A model generated the notes under the pieces. That model worked only from the letters and a program-made list of their open reading frames with translations. It did no database searches and was not told where the DNA came from. The position numbers were made by a program, and so were the translations under genes. A stretch of 24,000 nucleotides of DNA from Xanthomonas phage XacN1, in sequence record AP018399.1; one strand, given 5' to 3'. Of this stretch, positions 15,262-22,795 are shown piece by piece (the first letter of the stretch is position 1; each line of letters starts with the position of its first letter).

Positions 15262-16091
15262 GTGGAATAGCGTACAGTGATGTGCGTAAAGTGTGGCCCG
15301 CTCAGGCTGCGCACCATGCAAATGGCTCCATCAAACAAGCACCGACTCCGGGGCACGCCAAAAGTGTGTCACGGCCCTTGTGAAGAACCACGAGGGAACT
15401 TGGAAAAGGTGCCCGACAAGCTAGTCTTGGGACAACTGAGACAGTTTCCACCCGCAAAGTGGATTAGGGATGCAACACGGATACCAAGCACTAGTCAAGG
15501 TGTAGAACATAAGCATGAGGCTGCAACCAAGTGCGATGTTCAGTGAAGTGGGACTGTTTAACAGGCAGAACCGCATATACAATCCGAGTAGCCGCAAGCG
15601 AAAGGATACAGGGGCGTGTTGTATTTGGTACTTCAAAAGGGTATCGAGCAACGGCAACACACGTCCTGAGCAACAAAACAACTTCATAGGTTAATGAAAT
15701 TAATTAAACGCAAAGTTGTTGCCGGTGCATGATGAAAGTGACGTAATGCTTGACACGCAAGTGAATCAAGCCATTCCGAGGCTCGCAAGGCAGAGGGGTG
15801 TTGTGGGAAAGTCGCACGTTTGGGGTCGAACCCTTTACTGCTCGCAAGGCAGGCGGTAGACAGAACCATGAATAGTCATGCACGACAGTGGAAATGCCAC
15901 CACTTTAATCTAGGCCGTCATGGTTGCTACTCACATGAGTGAGTGGATAACGGTAGAAACTTCGCTCGCAAGCGGAGTATAATGACCGGAAAGGTAACCA
16001 ATCAATGCTGTAATCTCAGGCAGGCTTTTCCAATAAATTCAAGACCTTGCAGCTTTAAGCGCAATCACACTAAATAGATTTACATTTCTAT

Positions 16092-16177
16092 GCGGGTGTG
16101 GCCGAGTGGTCGATGGCACTAGTCTTCCAAACTAGACTCAGAAATGGGCGCGAGTTCGAATCTCGCCACCCGCTCCA
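16092..16177 (+). tRNA. class-II-like tRNA-Gly(UCC)
   Basis: GCGGGTG/CACCCGC, U73 CCA (Gly identity), GCC/GGC D-stem, CTAGT-CTTCCAA-ACTAG, 14-nt variable arm, GCGAG-TTCGAAT-CTCGC. Confidence 0.85.
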
Positions 16178-16302
16178 AATTCAAAGAATTCAAGACAGAT
16201 GTACACTGGACTGAATCGTCATTAGCGCCCAAGGGTGCAGAGAGTTCCGCTAGTATCTCGCTGCAACGACGTTAATGAATGTTCGACTAGCTCCAAATTT
16301 GA

Positions 16303-16381
16303 CGCGCGGTACAATCAATATCGGCAGATGGGCACCCTCATAAGGTGTCGGTTGGGAGTTCAAGTCTCCCCTGCGCTACCA
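16303..16381 (+). tRNA. tRNA with CAU anticodon (possibly initiator-like)
   Basis: CGCGCGG/CTGCGCT with C1xU72 mismatch, CACC-CTCATAA-GGTG, GGGAG-TTCAAGT-CTCCC, ACCA. Confidence 0.75.
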
Positions 16382-16387
16382 AACCCG

Positions 16388-16408
16388 GATAGGGTAGCTC
16401 CCTATCCT
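16388..16408 (+). other. strong hairpin
   Basis: GGATAGGG-TAGCT-CCCTATCC. Confidence 0.6.
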
Positions 16409-16482
16409 TCGTAGGTGTGACCGGCTCTCATGAGGCTTGTCGGTTCTTGACTGAGCAACCTACAACCAATTCGTAGTACAAT

Positions 16483-16567
16483 GGGCGTGTGGCGGAATTG
16501 GCAGACGCACTAGATTTAGGTTCTAGCGCCGCAAGGCGTGTGGGTTCGACTCCCACCTAGCCCACCA
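16483..16567 (+). tRNA. tRNA-Leu(UAG)
   Basis: TGGCGGAATTGGCAGACGC D-arm, CTAGA-TTTAGGT-TCTAG, long variable arm, ACCA; acceptor stem has two mismatches. Confidence 0.85.
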
Positions 16568-16743
16568 AACGTCGGTCGGTACCTTAAGCAAGTACCGCCA
16601 AGTTATCAGTGATTTGCCTAGTTTAAGCTGATGGCTCGCCGTGAAACAGTCGGATATTAAAACGGGTAGGGTGTCGCCGATAGACTAGTGAATCAGCTTG
16701 CTAAGGGCTGGGAATCGAAACTGCTACTTAGCTTCCATTCTAT

Positions 16744-16818
16744 GGAGCATTCGTCTATCGGTTAGGACGCTAGACTTTCACTCTGGAAAGAGGGGTTCGA
16801 CTCCCCTATGCTCTACCA
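16744..16818 (+). tRNA. tRNA-Glu(UUC)
   Basis: GGAGCAT/ATGCTCT, CTTTCAC loop, GGGG-TTCGACT-CCCC type T-arm, ACCA. Confidence 0.9.
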
Positions 16819-16824
16819 ACACAG

Positions 16825-16853
16825 AAGCCCGCCTAGTGCGGGCTTTTCTTTTT
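16825..16853 (+). terminator. Rho-independent terminator closing the ncRNA/tRNA unit
   Basis: AAGCCCGC-CTAGT-GCGGGCTT followed by TTCTTTTT. Confidence 0.9.
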
Positions 16854-16884
16854 GCTATATAATAATTGGAACATAGGATTTCAA

Positions 16885-17250
16885 ATGGAATTATCCCCAA
16901 TCCACCAATTATTGATTCTGGGAACGCTGACGCTCATCGCCGTAGTCTCGGTGGTTTCGCTCGCCTATCAGATGTACTTCCTGCCCAAGAAGCGCAAAGC
17001 CTTCCTCATTAAAGAAATGGGACATTGCTTGCTGACTCGTGAGCAAATTTACGGTGCGGAACTCATCAACCACTGCCGAACCATCCTGCATAATATCGAC
17101 ATACATTGCAGTATGAGAGAAGGATTCAAGATGGTCTACACATACGGCAAGTATGAGATAGGCGTCAACTGGTATCCTGTCAATGGATTGTTTGAGTTCA
17201 CCTTCCCGGTCAAGTACGAAACGATTGCGAAAATTTACTATCCGACTTGA
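16885..17250 (+). CDS. small membrane protein
   Basis: ORF with N-terminal TM segment; start MELSPIHQLL. Confidence 0.65.
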   Translation: MELSPIHQLLILGTLTLIAVVSVVSLAYQMYFLPKKRKAFLIKEMGHCLLTREQIYGAELINHCRTILHNIDIHCSMREGFKMVYTYGKYEIGVNWYPVNGLFEFTFPVKYETIAKIYYPT

Positions 17251-17275
17251 CAAACGAAGTTGATGGGTCTATAAT
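17247..17275 (+). promoter_or_regulatory. sigma70 promoter
   Basis: TTGACA-17-TATAAT. Confidence 0.85.
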
Positions 17276-17300
17276 TCTCATCATCAAGTCAGGACACACA

Positions 17301-17579
17301 ATGACCACTTACAACGAAGAGTCGAGAGCGAAGATTTACGAGCAGTATCCGCAGAAGCCCCGTGAGCAGAAGCGCATCGGTGGCCTCATCGAAAACTGGT
17401 CGCTGGTTCCGTTCAATGGCGATGACAAGAAGCTGGTCATCGTGGGGTCGCTGAGTGGCGACAACTATTGGGACAAAGGCCCAATCCGTACTTCGCTCAT
17501 CATGAGCATCAATGAAGATGAGACTGAGGCCGAAACCCTCAATACCATCTACAAGCTGGGCGTCAAGGCTTCGGCCTAA
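17301..17579 (+). CDS. hypothetical protein
   Basis: 92-aa ORF from MTTYNEESRAK. Confidence 0.65.
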   Translation: MTTYNEESRAKIYEQYPQKPREQKRIGGLIENWSLVPFNGDDKKLVIVGSLSGDNYWDKGPIRTSLIMSINEDETEAETLNTIYKLGVKASA

Positions 17580-17581
17580 CG

Positions 17582-17870
17582 CCTAGGGTGGGGAGAGTCA
17601 CTTTTCGCAGGTTATGGCTCCCCACAAGAATGAAATCTGCCAGTTTACCGCCCCAAGCTCGTGCTGTGGCATGGTCACCGTATTTGACCGGTCTACCACT
17701 ACAGCCGGACCGACACACTAGGACAACTCTCACTAATCCTAGGTAAAGCGGTCGCCCTGTGAGAAGGGAAAGGATGTACCGACAAGTAGCGGCTCCCTCG
17801 TGGAGTTTCATGGTTGCGAAGCCATGATACTAATGAAGCGCGAAATCAGGTACAGCCCGAGCTAGGTGGC
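17582..17870 (+). ncRNA. putative structured ncRNA
   Basis: GTGGGGAG/CTCCCCAC (17588-95 / 17618-25), distant CCTAGG/CCTAGG, CATGG...CCATG hairpin; no plausible plus-strand ORF. Confidence 0.45.
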
Positions 17871-17899
17871 TTGCATTTGACCTTCTGGTTTGTTATAAT
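17871..17899 (+). promoter_or_regulatory. sigma70-like promoter
   Basis: TTGCAT-17-TATAAT. Confidence 0.55.
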
Positions 17900-17923
17900 C
17901 AAGACCAATCCAGAGGTACCGAC

Positions 17924-18652
17924 ATGAAAATCACATCAACGTGGCTCCTTACATCCGCTGCCCAAGTCGTCATCACGATTGCTGTGGGCGCGTTCATGCT
18001 GGTCAATGCCGCAGTGATTGGCTTCTATGTCATTGAAGGATATGGGAATTATCAGAAGAAGGAATCTGCGGACGTAATCCTCACCGGTCGCGTTCACACG
18101 TTCTCGTCTCTGGAATTCACCACGAATCCGGCCGGTACCATGCGTACCTGCGTCGGGGTGACCGCTAGCAACGGTCGGATGGTGGTTCGCGAACTCGGTG
18201 ATTGGGAAGGAAACCTTCCGGCCGGTGACTTCTGTGGGCAGCTTTTCAGCGCCAGCAACCTCACCAACTGGAAGCATATGGCACCAACATCCAACGGCAC
18301 CAGTGTGCTTGAGAAGGTGTTGTGGTCCATTGCTTTCTTCGTCGTGTTCATGAGTGGTGCGTATCTGGTGGCGTCGATTCCTGCCAATCTGGTGGCTATC
18401 GCATTGCCGGGACTGGCTCCGATTGCCAAGTTGATGGCGTTGGCGTTCACGCTTCCTGTGCTGCTGTTCTGGGCAGTGTTCGTCACCAGTGCATGGCAGT
18501 ACCATCCGTCGTATTGGAAGTCGCCTGACGGCTATGTGGTCGAGACTGAGAAGGTCTTCATCACGCGAGACAAGCGAGTGTTCACCGCTCCGGAAACGTT
18601 GTTCGGATGGACCTCAAGCAATACGATGCAAGAACGAAAGGTGTTCGAATGA
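17924..18652 (+). CDS. membrane protein, multiple TM segments
   Basis: 242-aa ORF with N- and C-terminal hydrophobic segments. Confidence 0.75.
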   Translation: MKITSTWLLTSAAQVVITIAVGAFMLVNAAVIGFYVIEGYGNYQKKESADVILTGRVHTFSSLEFTTNPAGTMRTCVGVTASNGRMVVRELGDWEGNLPAGDFCGQLFSASNLTNWKHMAPTSNGTSVLEKVLWSIAFFVVFMSGAYLVASIPANLVAIALPGLAPIAKLMALAFTLPVLLFWAVFVTSAWQYHPSYWKSPDGYVVETEKVFITRDKRVFTAPETLFGWTSSNTMQERKVFE

Positions 18653-18852
18653 GTTTCTTCAAGTGGTATGACCGGCATCCGAAGAATCGGTTCTGGTTCA
18701 CCATCGGTGTCATCGCATTCGTCCTGATTCCTCCTGTAGTGACATGGACGGCTCCGAAATCACTGACGTGGATTGCGATTCTGCTGAATGCTGGCATTGC
18801 AGTGCTGCATATGCATAACTGGATGAAGTTGAAGCGTGGTTCCAAGTCGTAG
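18649..18852 (+). CDS. small membrane protein
   Basis: ATGA overlap; two hydrophobic segments; the only TAG stop I found among the called CDSs. Confidence 0.65.
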   Translation: MSFFKWYDRHPKNRFWFTIGVIAFVLIPPVVTWTAPKSLTWIAILLNAGIAVLHMHNWMKLKRGSKS

Positions 18853-19237
18853 AGAACAGCGCTTCTACAAGAAGGCCAGAGAAGCAAGCAGTCGTTCAAA
18901 TCACTACAAGGCCAAGATTGGTGCGGTAATTGTCACAGGGAACTATGTCCTTTCAGAAGGGTGCAGCCGTGAGAAGAGCCATACAAGACAACACCGGTAC
19001 GACCGTAGGATGAAGTACCACGGTGGTCAGTCGAAGCTTCATGCTGAGATTGACGCCCTTGTGTCATCTGGCCGTGTCGATTTGACTGGTGCCGAAATCT
19101 ACATCTACAGGGAAGACAAGAAGGGTAATCTTGCCAACTGTAGACCTTGCGTTAGTTGTACACAGGCGTTGAAGGACGCTGGTGTGCGTCACATCTACTA
19201 CACCCACAAAGAGGGGTTTGCTTATGAGCAGTTCTGA
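18836..19237 (+). CDS. cytidine/dCMP deaminase-like protein (GTG start)
   Basis: KLHAEIDAL and CRPCVSC zinc-binding motifs. Confidence 0.75.
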   Translation: MVPSRREQRFYKKAREASSRSNHYKAKIGAVIVTGNYVLSEGCSREKSHTRQHRYDRRMKYHGGQSKLHAEIDALVSSGRVDLTGAEIYIYREDKKGNLANCRPCVSCTQALKDAGVRHIYYTHKEGFAYEQF

Positions 19238-19358
19238 TGCAGCGTTCCGTGAGAAGTTCATGAAGTTGATGCAATCACGGAAAGAAATGTCGCCGGAACA
19301 GTTGACAAGCGAAGATGAGTTCGATAATATGGTCGAACTTGGTGATGCAACTGAGTGA
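19224..19358 (+). CDS. hypothetical protein, 44 aa
   Basis: MSSSDAAFREKFMKLMQSRKEMSPEQLTSEDEFDNMVELGDATE*, overlaps previous gene. Confidence 0.5.
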   Translation: MSSSDAAFREKFMKLMQSRKEMSPEQLTSEDEFDNMVELGDATE

Positions 19359-19399
19359 TTTCACTCTAATTGCAACCACACTAAATAGTTTTACAATAT

Positions 19400-19476
19400 C
19401 CGGGTGTAGCGCAGTCTGGTAGCGCACTTGCTTTGGGAGCATGGGGTCGCAGGTTCGAATCCTGCCGTCCGGACCA
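19400..19476 (+). tRNA. tRNA-Pro(UGG), copy 1
   Basis: CCGGGTG/CGTCCGG, TTTGGGA loop, ACCA. Confidence 0.9.
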
Positions 19477-19487
19477 AATTCATAGTT

Positions 19488-19564
19488 CAGGGTGTAGCGC
19501 AGTCTGGTAGCGTGGCCGGTTTGGAGCCGGGCGGTCGTAGGTTCAAATCCTACCATCCTGACCA
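19488..19564 (+). tRNA. tRNA-Pro(UGG), copy 2
   Basis: CAGGGTG/CATCCTG, CCGG-TTTGGAG-CCGG, ACCA. Confidence 0.85.
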
Positions 19565-19607
19565 AAATTAAGGTATGTGTACCGGAACTACACATATGAC
19601 GAACAAT

Positions 19608-19698
19608 GCCACTTTGCCTGAGTCCGGTCGATAGGAACTGCCTTGTAAGCAGTCGGGATAATACCCCATCGCAGGTTCAAATCCTGTGGGTGGCACCA
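19608..19698 (+). tRNA. class-II-like tRNA-Thr(UGU)
   Basis: GCCACTT/GGGTGGC, CCT/AGG D-stem, ACTGC-CTTGTAA-GCAGT, variable arm CGGGATAATACCCCATC, ACCA. Confidence 0.88.
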
Positions 19699-19706
19699 AA
19701 TTCTAC

Positions 19707-19783
19707 AGGTCGGTAGTTCCAACGGCTAGAACGATGGACTCCAAATCCATGCGATGGGGGTTCGAATCCCTCCCGGCCTGCCA
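19707..19783 (+). tRNA. tRNA-Trp(CCA)
   Basis: AGGTCGG/CCGGCCT, G73, ATGGA-CTCCAAA-TCCAT. Confidence 0.92.
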
Positions 19784-19790
19784 ATTTCTC

Positions 19791-19991
19791 ATGACGCTAA
19801 AGTTCTGGTTCAAATGGAATGCACAGAAGGTCGCTGACCAACTGAACGAGCAATATCGTCAGTATGAGGACAACTGCTTTCCGTGGGAAGTACAGCGACA
19901 AGGTATTCGGTACTTGATTTTAAAGAAGTACCATGCTAATGTATCTGGAACGTACACAATAGCAGCATCAAAACGACATATAGGGGCGTAG
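19791..19991 (+). CDS. hypothetical protein, 66 aa
   Basis: MTLKFWFKWNAQKVADQLNEQY...; its 3' end overlaps the start of the following tRNA. Confidence 0.6.
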   Translation: MTLKFWFKWNAQKVADQLNEQYRQYEDNCFPWEVQRQGIRYLILKKYHANVSGTYTIAASKRHIGA

Positions 19992-20056
19992 TACAGCGGT
20001 TAGTGCGCTTGACTCTGACTCATGAAACGGTGGTTCGAATCCATCCGCCCCTGCCA
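19982..20056 (+). tRNA. tRNA-Gln(CUG)
   Basis: AGGGGCG/CGCCCCT, G73, CTCTGAC loop, GCCA. Confidence 0.85.
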
Positions 20057-20071
20057 ATTCGGATGACTACA

Positions 20072-20338
20072 ATGAAATTTGAAGTTTCCAAGCGTTTCAC
20101 TATCTACGGTCTGAATGCACATGAACGAGAATTCATGTGTAATCTTCTCACCAAAGGCCAATACAACTGGTCCAATTGGGATAATGATACGTTCGCGGTC
20201 ATCTTCCATGAAGGTTCGTTGCATACCATCCCCGAAGATGATGTGGTGAAGTTCCTGAACATTCTTGACCATCGTCGGAAGGTTCATATATACTTCGAAT
20301 ACACTGGCGACGGACGCTTCAACATCATCGTCAAGTAA
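20072..20338 (+). CDS. hypothetical protein
   Basis: ORF with likely start MKFEVSKRFTIY. Confidence 0.65.
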   Translation: MKFEVSKRFTIYGLNAHEREFMCNLLTKGQYNWSNWDNDTFAVIFHEGSLHTIPEDDVVKFLNILDHRRKVHIYFEYTGDGRFNIIVK

Positions 20339-20342
20339 CAAT

Positions 20343-20417
20343 AGGGGTTTAGCCAAGTGGTTAAGGCATGGGCCTTTGACTCCCAGACCGGTAGGTTCGA
20401 TTCCTCCAACCCCTGCC
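20343..20417 (+). tRNA. tRNA-Gln(UUG)
   Basis: GCC/GGC D-stem, CTTTGAC loop, TTCGATT T-loop, GCCA; acceptor AGGG(G)TT/AACCCT. Confidence 0.82.
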
Positions 20418-20423
20418 AAACCA

Positions 20424-20451
20424 GTTGACAAATGAACTTGATGGGTTATAA
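20424..20451 (+). promoter_or_regulatory. sigma70 promoter
   Basis: TTGACA-16-TATAAT. Confidence 0.8.
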
Positions 20452-20458
20452 TTAATCC

Positions 20459-20665
20459 ATGAACATACATTCGTTGACCCATGCAGTATCGGTGACCAGC
20501 ACCAAGGCGGATTGTCTGGACTTCCTTGGCCTTGACCACTCCACGCGGAACTTCCGGCTCATGTCGGATGCCATCAAGAAGCACGGCATCGACACCAGCC
20601 ACTTCGTAGGAATCAAGGCTTCGGAGTACGTGGCACGCTTCAAACCAGTTGACAATCAGTTTTAA
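20459..20665 (+). CDS. hypothetical protein, 68 aa
   Basis: Intact ORF directly after promoter. Confidence 0.6.
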   Translation: MNIHSLTHAVSVTSTKADCLDFLGLDHSTRNFRLMSDAIKKHGIDTSHFVGIKASEYVARFKPVDNQF

Positions 20666-20676
20666 TCTGGTAAGAT
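20649..20676 (+). promoter_or_regulatory. sigma70-like promoter
   Basis: TTGACA-16-TAAGAT. Confidence 0.6.
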
Positions 20677-20788
20677 AACATCATCACATCGGGTAAGCCC
20701 TTCACTGACCAGTGAGTCCGAGGAAGGGAGAGAAAGCAGGCCGGGTTGTTGGGGGCGCTGCCGAAAAGAGGGAGAGACAGTGGCACGA

Positions 20789-20917
20789 ATGAAGCAAATG
20801 CATCTGGATATCATCGAAAGCCAAGAGGCTGACGAGGAAGGTATCATCAATGCGGTGCCAACTCCGGTTCCGTCTCCCGCACGGGAGGTCGCAAATGCCG
20901 AAGTATCTCCTGATTGA
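20789..20917 (+). CDS. hypothetical protein, 42 aa
   Basis: MKQMHLDIIESQEADEEGIINAVPTPVPSPAREVANAEVSPD*. Confidence 0.45.
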   Translation: MKQMHLDIIESQEADEEGIINAVPTPVPSPAREVANAEVSPD

Positions 20918-21143
20918 TTCCACTTCGGTTTTCATTCCGGGCGACGAGCGTTCACGCACGAATCCCGGTCACGGATACCCCGAGCGGACGGAAACGTACC
21001 CGGTGTTGAAGTGGTTCGATACCGAGCAGCAAGTGCTGGAATATCTGGAAACGTGGGGTCGTAACATCAAAGACCCGCAGATATGGGAACTCGCTGGTAA
21101 AGTCAAACTGGAAGTGAAGACTACCTTGTCACTTTCCAAGTAA
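20895..21143 (+). CDS. hypothetical protein
   Basis: ORF from MPKYLLIDSTSVF, overlaps upstream small ORF. Confidence 0.6.
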   Translation: MPKYLLIDSTSVFIPGDERSRTNPGHGYPERTETYPVLKWFDTEQQVLEYLETWGRNIKDPQIWELAGKVKLEVKTTLSLSK

Positions 21144-21150
21144 TATTCCG

Positions 21151-21236
21151 GGCATGTGGCGGAATTGGTAGACGCGGCAGACTCAAAATCTGTTGGTAGA
21201 AATACCGTGTCGGTTCGATTCCGACCTTGCCCACCA
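21151..21236 (+). tRNA. tRNA-Leu(CAA)
   Basis: GGGCATG/CTTGCCC, TGGCGGAATTGGTAGACGC, GCAGA-CTCAAAA-TCTGT, long variable arm, ACCA. Confidence 0.92.
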
Positions 21237-21250
21237 AACAAGAGAACGCA

Positions 21251-21640
21251 ATGAAGATTTCCTTCCGTACTGCTGTCATGATTGCCATCGCTGTTGGTGT
21301 CGCGGGAAGCCTGCTTCTCCCCGTCAATGCGAAGGCTCAGGATGTTATCAGCCAGACCAACGCCACCATGATGGCGTTCCAGCCTGCGATGACTGCCGAC
21401 ACCAGTTCCAGCAAGCCCACAACGCCGCCTCCGGCCAAGCTGTACCGTGAGCGCGTACCGGGTAAGCCGGAAGAAGGATTCGTTCCTGTGACGGCTCCGG
21501 TGAAGAAGAACTACCAGTACACGAGGGTGGACTATCCCTACGGTGAAGTTCTCATCTTCGAAGACTTCGTTCGTCGCAATGTGTGCTACATCACCATCAA
21601 TAACGGTCGAATCTCGGAATCCTGTGTTCCCATGAAGTAA
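21251..21640 (+). CDS. secreted protein with signal peptide
   Basis: MKISFRTAVMIAIAVGVAGSLLLPVNAKAQ... Confidence 0.65.
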   Translation: MKISFRTAVMIAIAVGVAGSLLLPVNAKAQDVISQTNATMMAFQPAMTADTSSSKPTTPPPAKLYRERVPGKPEEGFVPVTAPVKKNYQYTRVDYPYGEVLIFEDFVRRNVCYITINNGRISESCVPMK

Positions 21641-21649
21641 GGAAAACAA

Positions 21650-22021
21650 ATGAAAACTGCACTAAAGGTTCTGGGTATTCTGGCTCTGGTTTTCTTCTTG
21701 CTGGTCGGCGGCTGCACTATGCTGGTCATGATGACACCAAAAAAGCCGGTTGTAGCCGAAGTAAAGAAGGATGCCATCGACCAAACTCGTGATATCGTGA
21801 ATTTCACGTACAGTGCTGCCAAGCAGTGTGAAAAATACGGCGATGGGTCTAGCTCATGTAGTCTGTTTAAGAACCAAACACGTAATCGGGTAATTCGTGA
21901 TATCATCTATGCTCCGGCTGTTCCGGGTGAAGTGATGGCTGAATTCAATAAGCGCGGATACTTCACCGAATATACCGAACAAATGTTGTATATTGAAGCT
22001 GTCGATAAACATCTTCGATAA
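21650..22021 (+). CDS. membrane/lipoprotein-like protein
   Basis: Hydrophobic N-terminus ALVFFLLVGGC. Confidence 0.7.
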   Translation: MKTALKVLGILALVFFLLVGGCTMLVMMTPKKPVVAEVKKDAIDQTRDIVNFTYSAAKQCEKYGDGSSSCSLFKNQTRNRVIRDIIYAPAVPGEVMAEFNKRGYFTEYTEQMLYIEAVDKHLR

Positions 22022-22022
22022 C

Positions 22023-22097
22023 GGGCCGGTAGCATATGGGTAAATGCGTCCGACTCATAATCGGTTGAGCAAGGTTCGATTCCTTGACGGCCCACCA
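22023..22097 (+). tRNA. tRNA with CAU anticodon
   Basis: GGGCCGG/ACGGCCC, TCCGA-CTCATAA-TCGG(T), CAAGG-TTCGATT-CCTTG, ACCA. Confidence 0.88.
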
Positions 22098-22115
22098 AAC
22101 TAAATAGGTTTACAC

Positions 22116-22192
22116 GGTAATATAACTCAGCCCGGTAGAGTAGCGCCCTCATAAGGCGTTTGTCGCAGGTTCGAATCCCGCTATTACCACCA
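22116..22192 (+). tRNA. tRNA with CAU anticodon
   Basis: GGTAATA/TATTACC, GCGCC-CTCATAA-GGCGT, ACCA. Confidence 0.88.
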
Positions 22193-22201
22193 AGATTTAT
22201 C

Positions 22202-22229
22202 TTGACAGCCTCAAATGAGGCTGTTATAG
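22202..22229 (+). promoter_or_regulatory. promoter-like element with perfect inverted repeat in the spacer
   Basis: TTGACA-TATAGT with ACAGCCTC-AAAT-GAGGCTGT between the boxes. Confidence 0.5.
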
Positions 22230-22240
22230 TTTTAGAACAT

Positions 22241-22329
22241 GACGCGGTGCCGGAGTCTGGTTGAACGGGATGGACTGCAAATCCATAAGCGAAAGCTCAT
22301 CACAGGTTCAAATCCTGTTCGCGTCTCCA
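22241..22329 (+). tRNA. class-II-like tRNA-Cys(GCA)
   Basis: GACGCGG/TCGCGTC, U73 CCA (Cys identity), CCG/CGG D-stem, TGGA-CTGCAAA-TCCA, variable arm AAGCGAAAGCTCATC. Confidence 0.85.
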
Positions 22330-22334
22330 AATAC

Positions 22335-22484
22335 GGGGTGTTAGGGAATTGGAAAACTCGCCGGAAGTAATCCGGTAGCTTGTGATAAGGTTGCAACCAC
22401 CGAAATCGACTGCATTCTAGAACGTAGTCACTAGTAGGTATCATGATAGCTTGACTTTGGTTCGAATCCAGAGACACCCCACCA
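22335..22484 (+). ncRNA. oversized tRNA-like RNA (150 nt)
   Basis: GGGGTGT/ACACCCC perfect stem + ACCA, GGG...CTC D-arm, GCCGG-AAGTAAT-CCGGT arm, TTTGG-TTCGAAT-CCAGA T-arm; about 80-nt variable domain with AGCT/AGCT, GATA/TATC, GACTGC/GTAGTC pairings. Confidence 0.65.
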
Positions 22485-22505
22485 ATTCACAACAAAGGAA
22501 GTAAG

Positions 22506-22775
22506 ATGTTCGCTCTACTGAGAAAGAAGTTCGGCACTGCTGCTTTCGTGTTCCCGCTGATGGCGCTCATGGGCATCGTCTTCCATGTGGAGCCGAAGGA
22601 TATCCTGCTGGGTTCCGTCCTGATGTACATCGTTACGCTCGCTCTGCTGATGCTGGACGACGTGTTCGTGTTTGAATTCGCGGACAATGGCGCGCTTCTG
22701 AGCGAGGAAGAGCTTGTCGAATTTGACAAGCTGGTTTCACCTGTACAAGTTACAGTGGAAGTGCAATACAACTAA
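22506..22775 (+). CDS. small membrane protein
   Basis: 89-aa ORF with two TM segments. Confidence 0.7.
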   Translation: MFALLRKKFGTAAFVFPLMALMGIVFHVEPKDILLGSVLMYIVTLALLMLDDVFVFEFADNGALLSEEELVEFDKLVSPVQVTVEVQYN

Positions 22776-22795
22776 ATAGCTTTACAAGGTGGGAT

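Noticed and set aside
15277-15546. ORF-track ORFs in the ncRNA region (15277..15546 and minus-strand 15093..15687)
   Set aside because: Low-complexity translations without RBS or family signatures, embedded among hairpins and promoters.
18649-18900. Programmed TAG readthrough of the 18649 gene by the CUA tRNAs
   Set aside because: Downstream in-frame sequence is a short non-conserved-looking tail and the next gene overlaps in another frame; TAG looks like a genuine stop here.
7321-22484. Group I or II introns in the oversized tRNA-like genes
   Set aside because: Extra sequence is only about 33-80 nt, far below catalytic intron size, and removal does not obviously restore a canonical anticodon arm.
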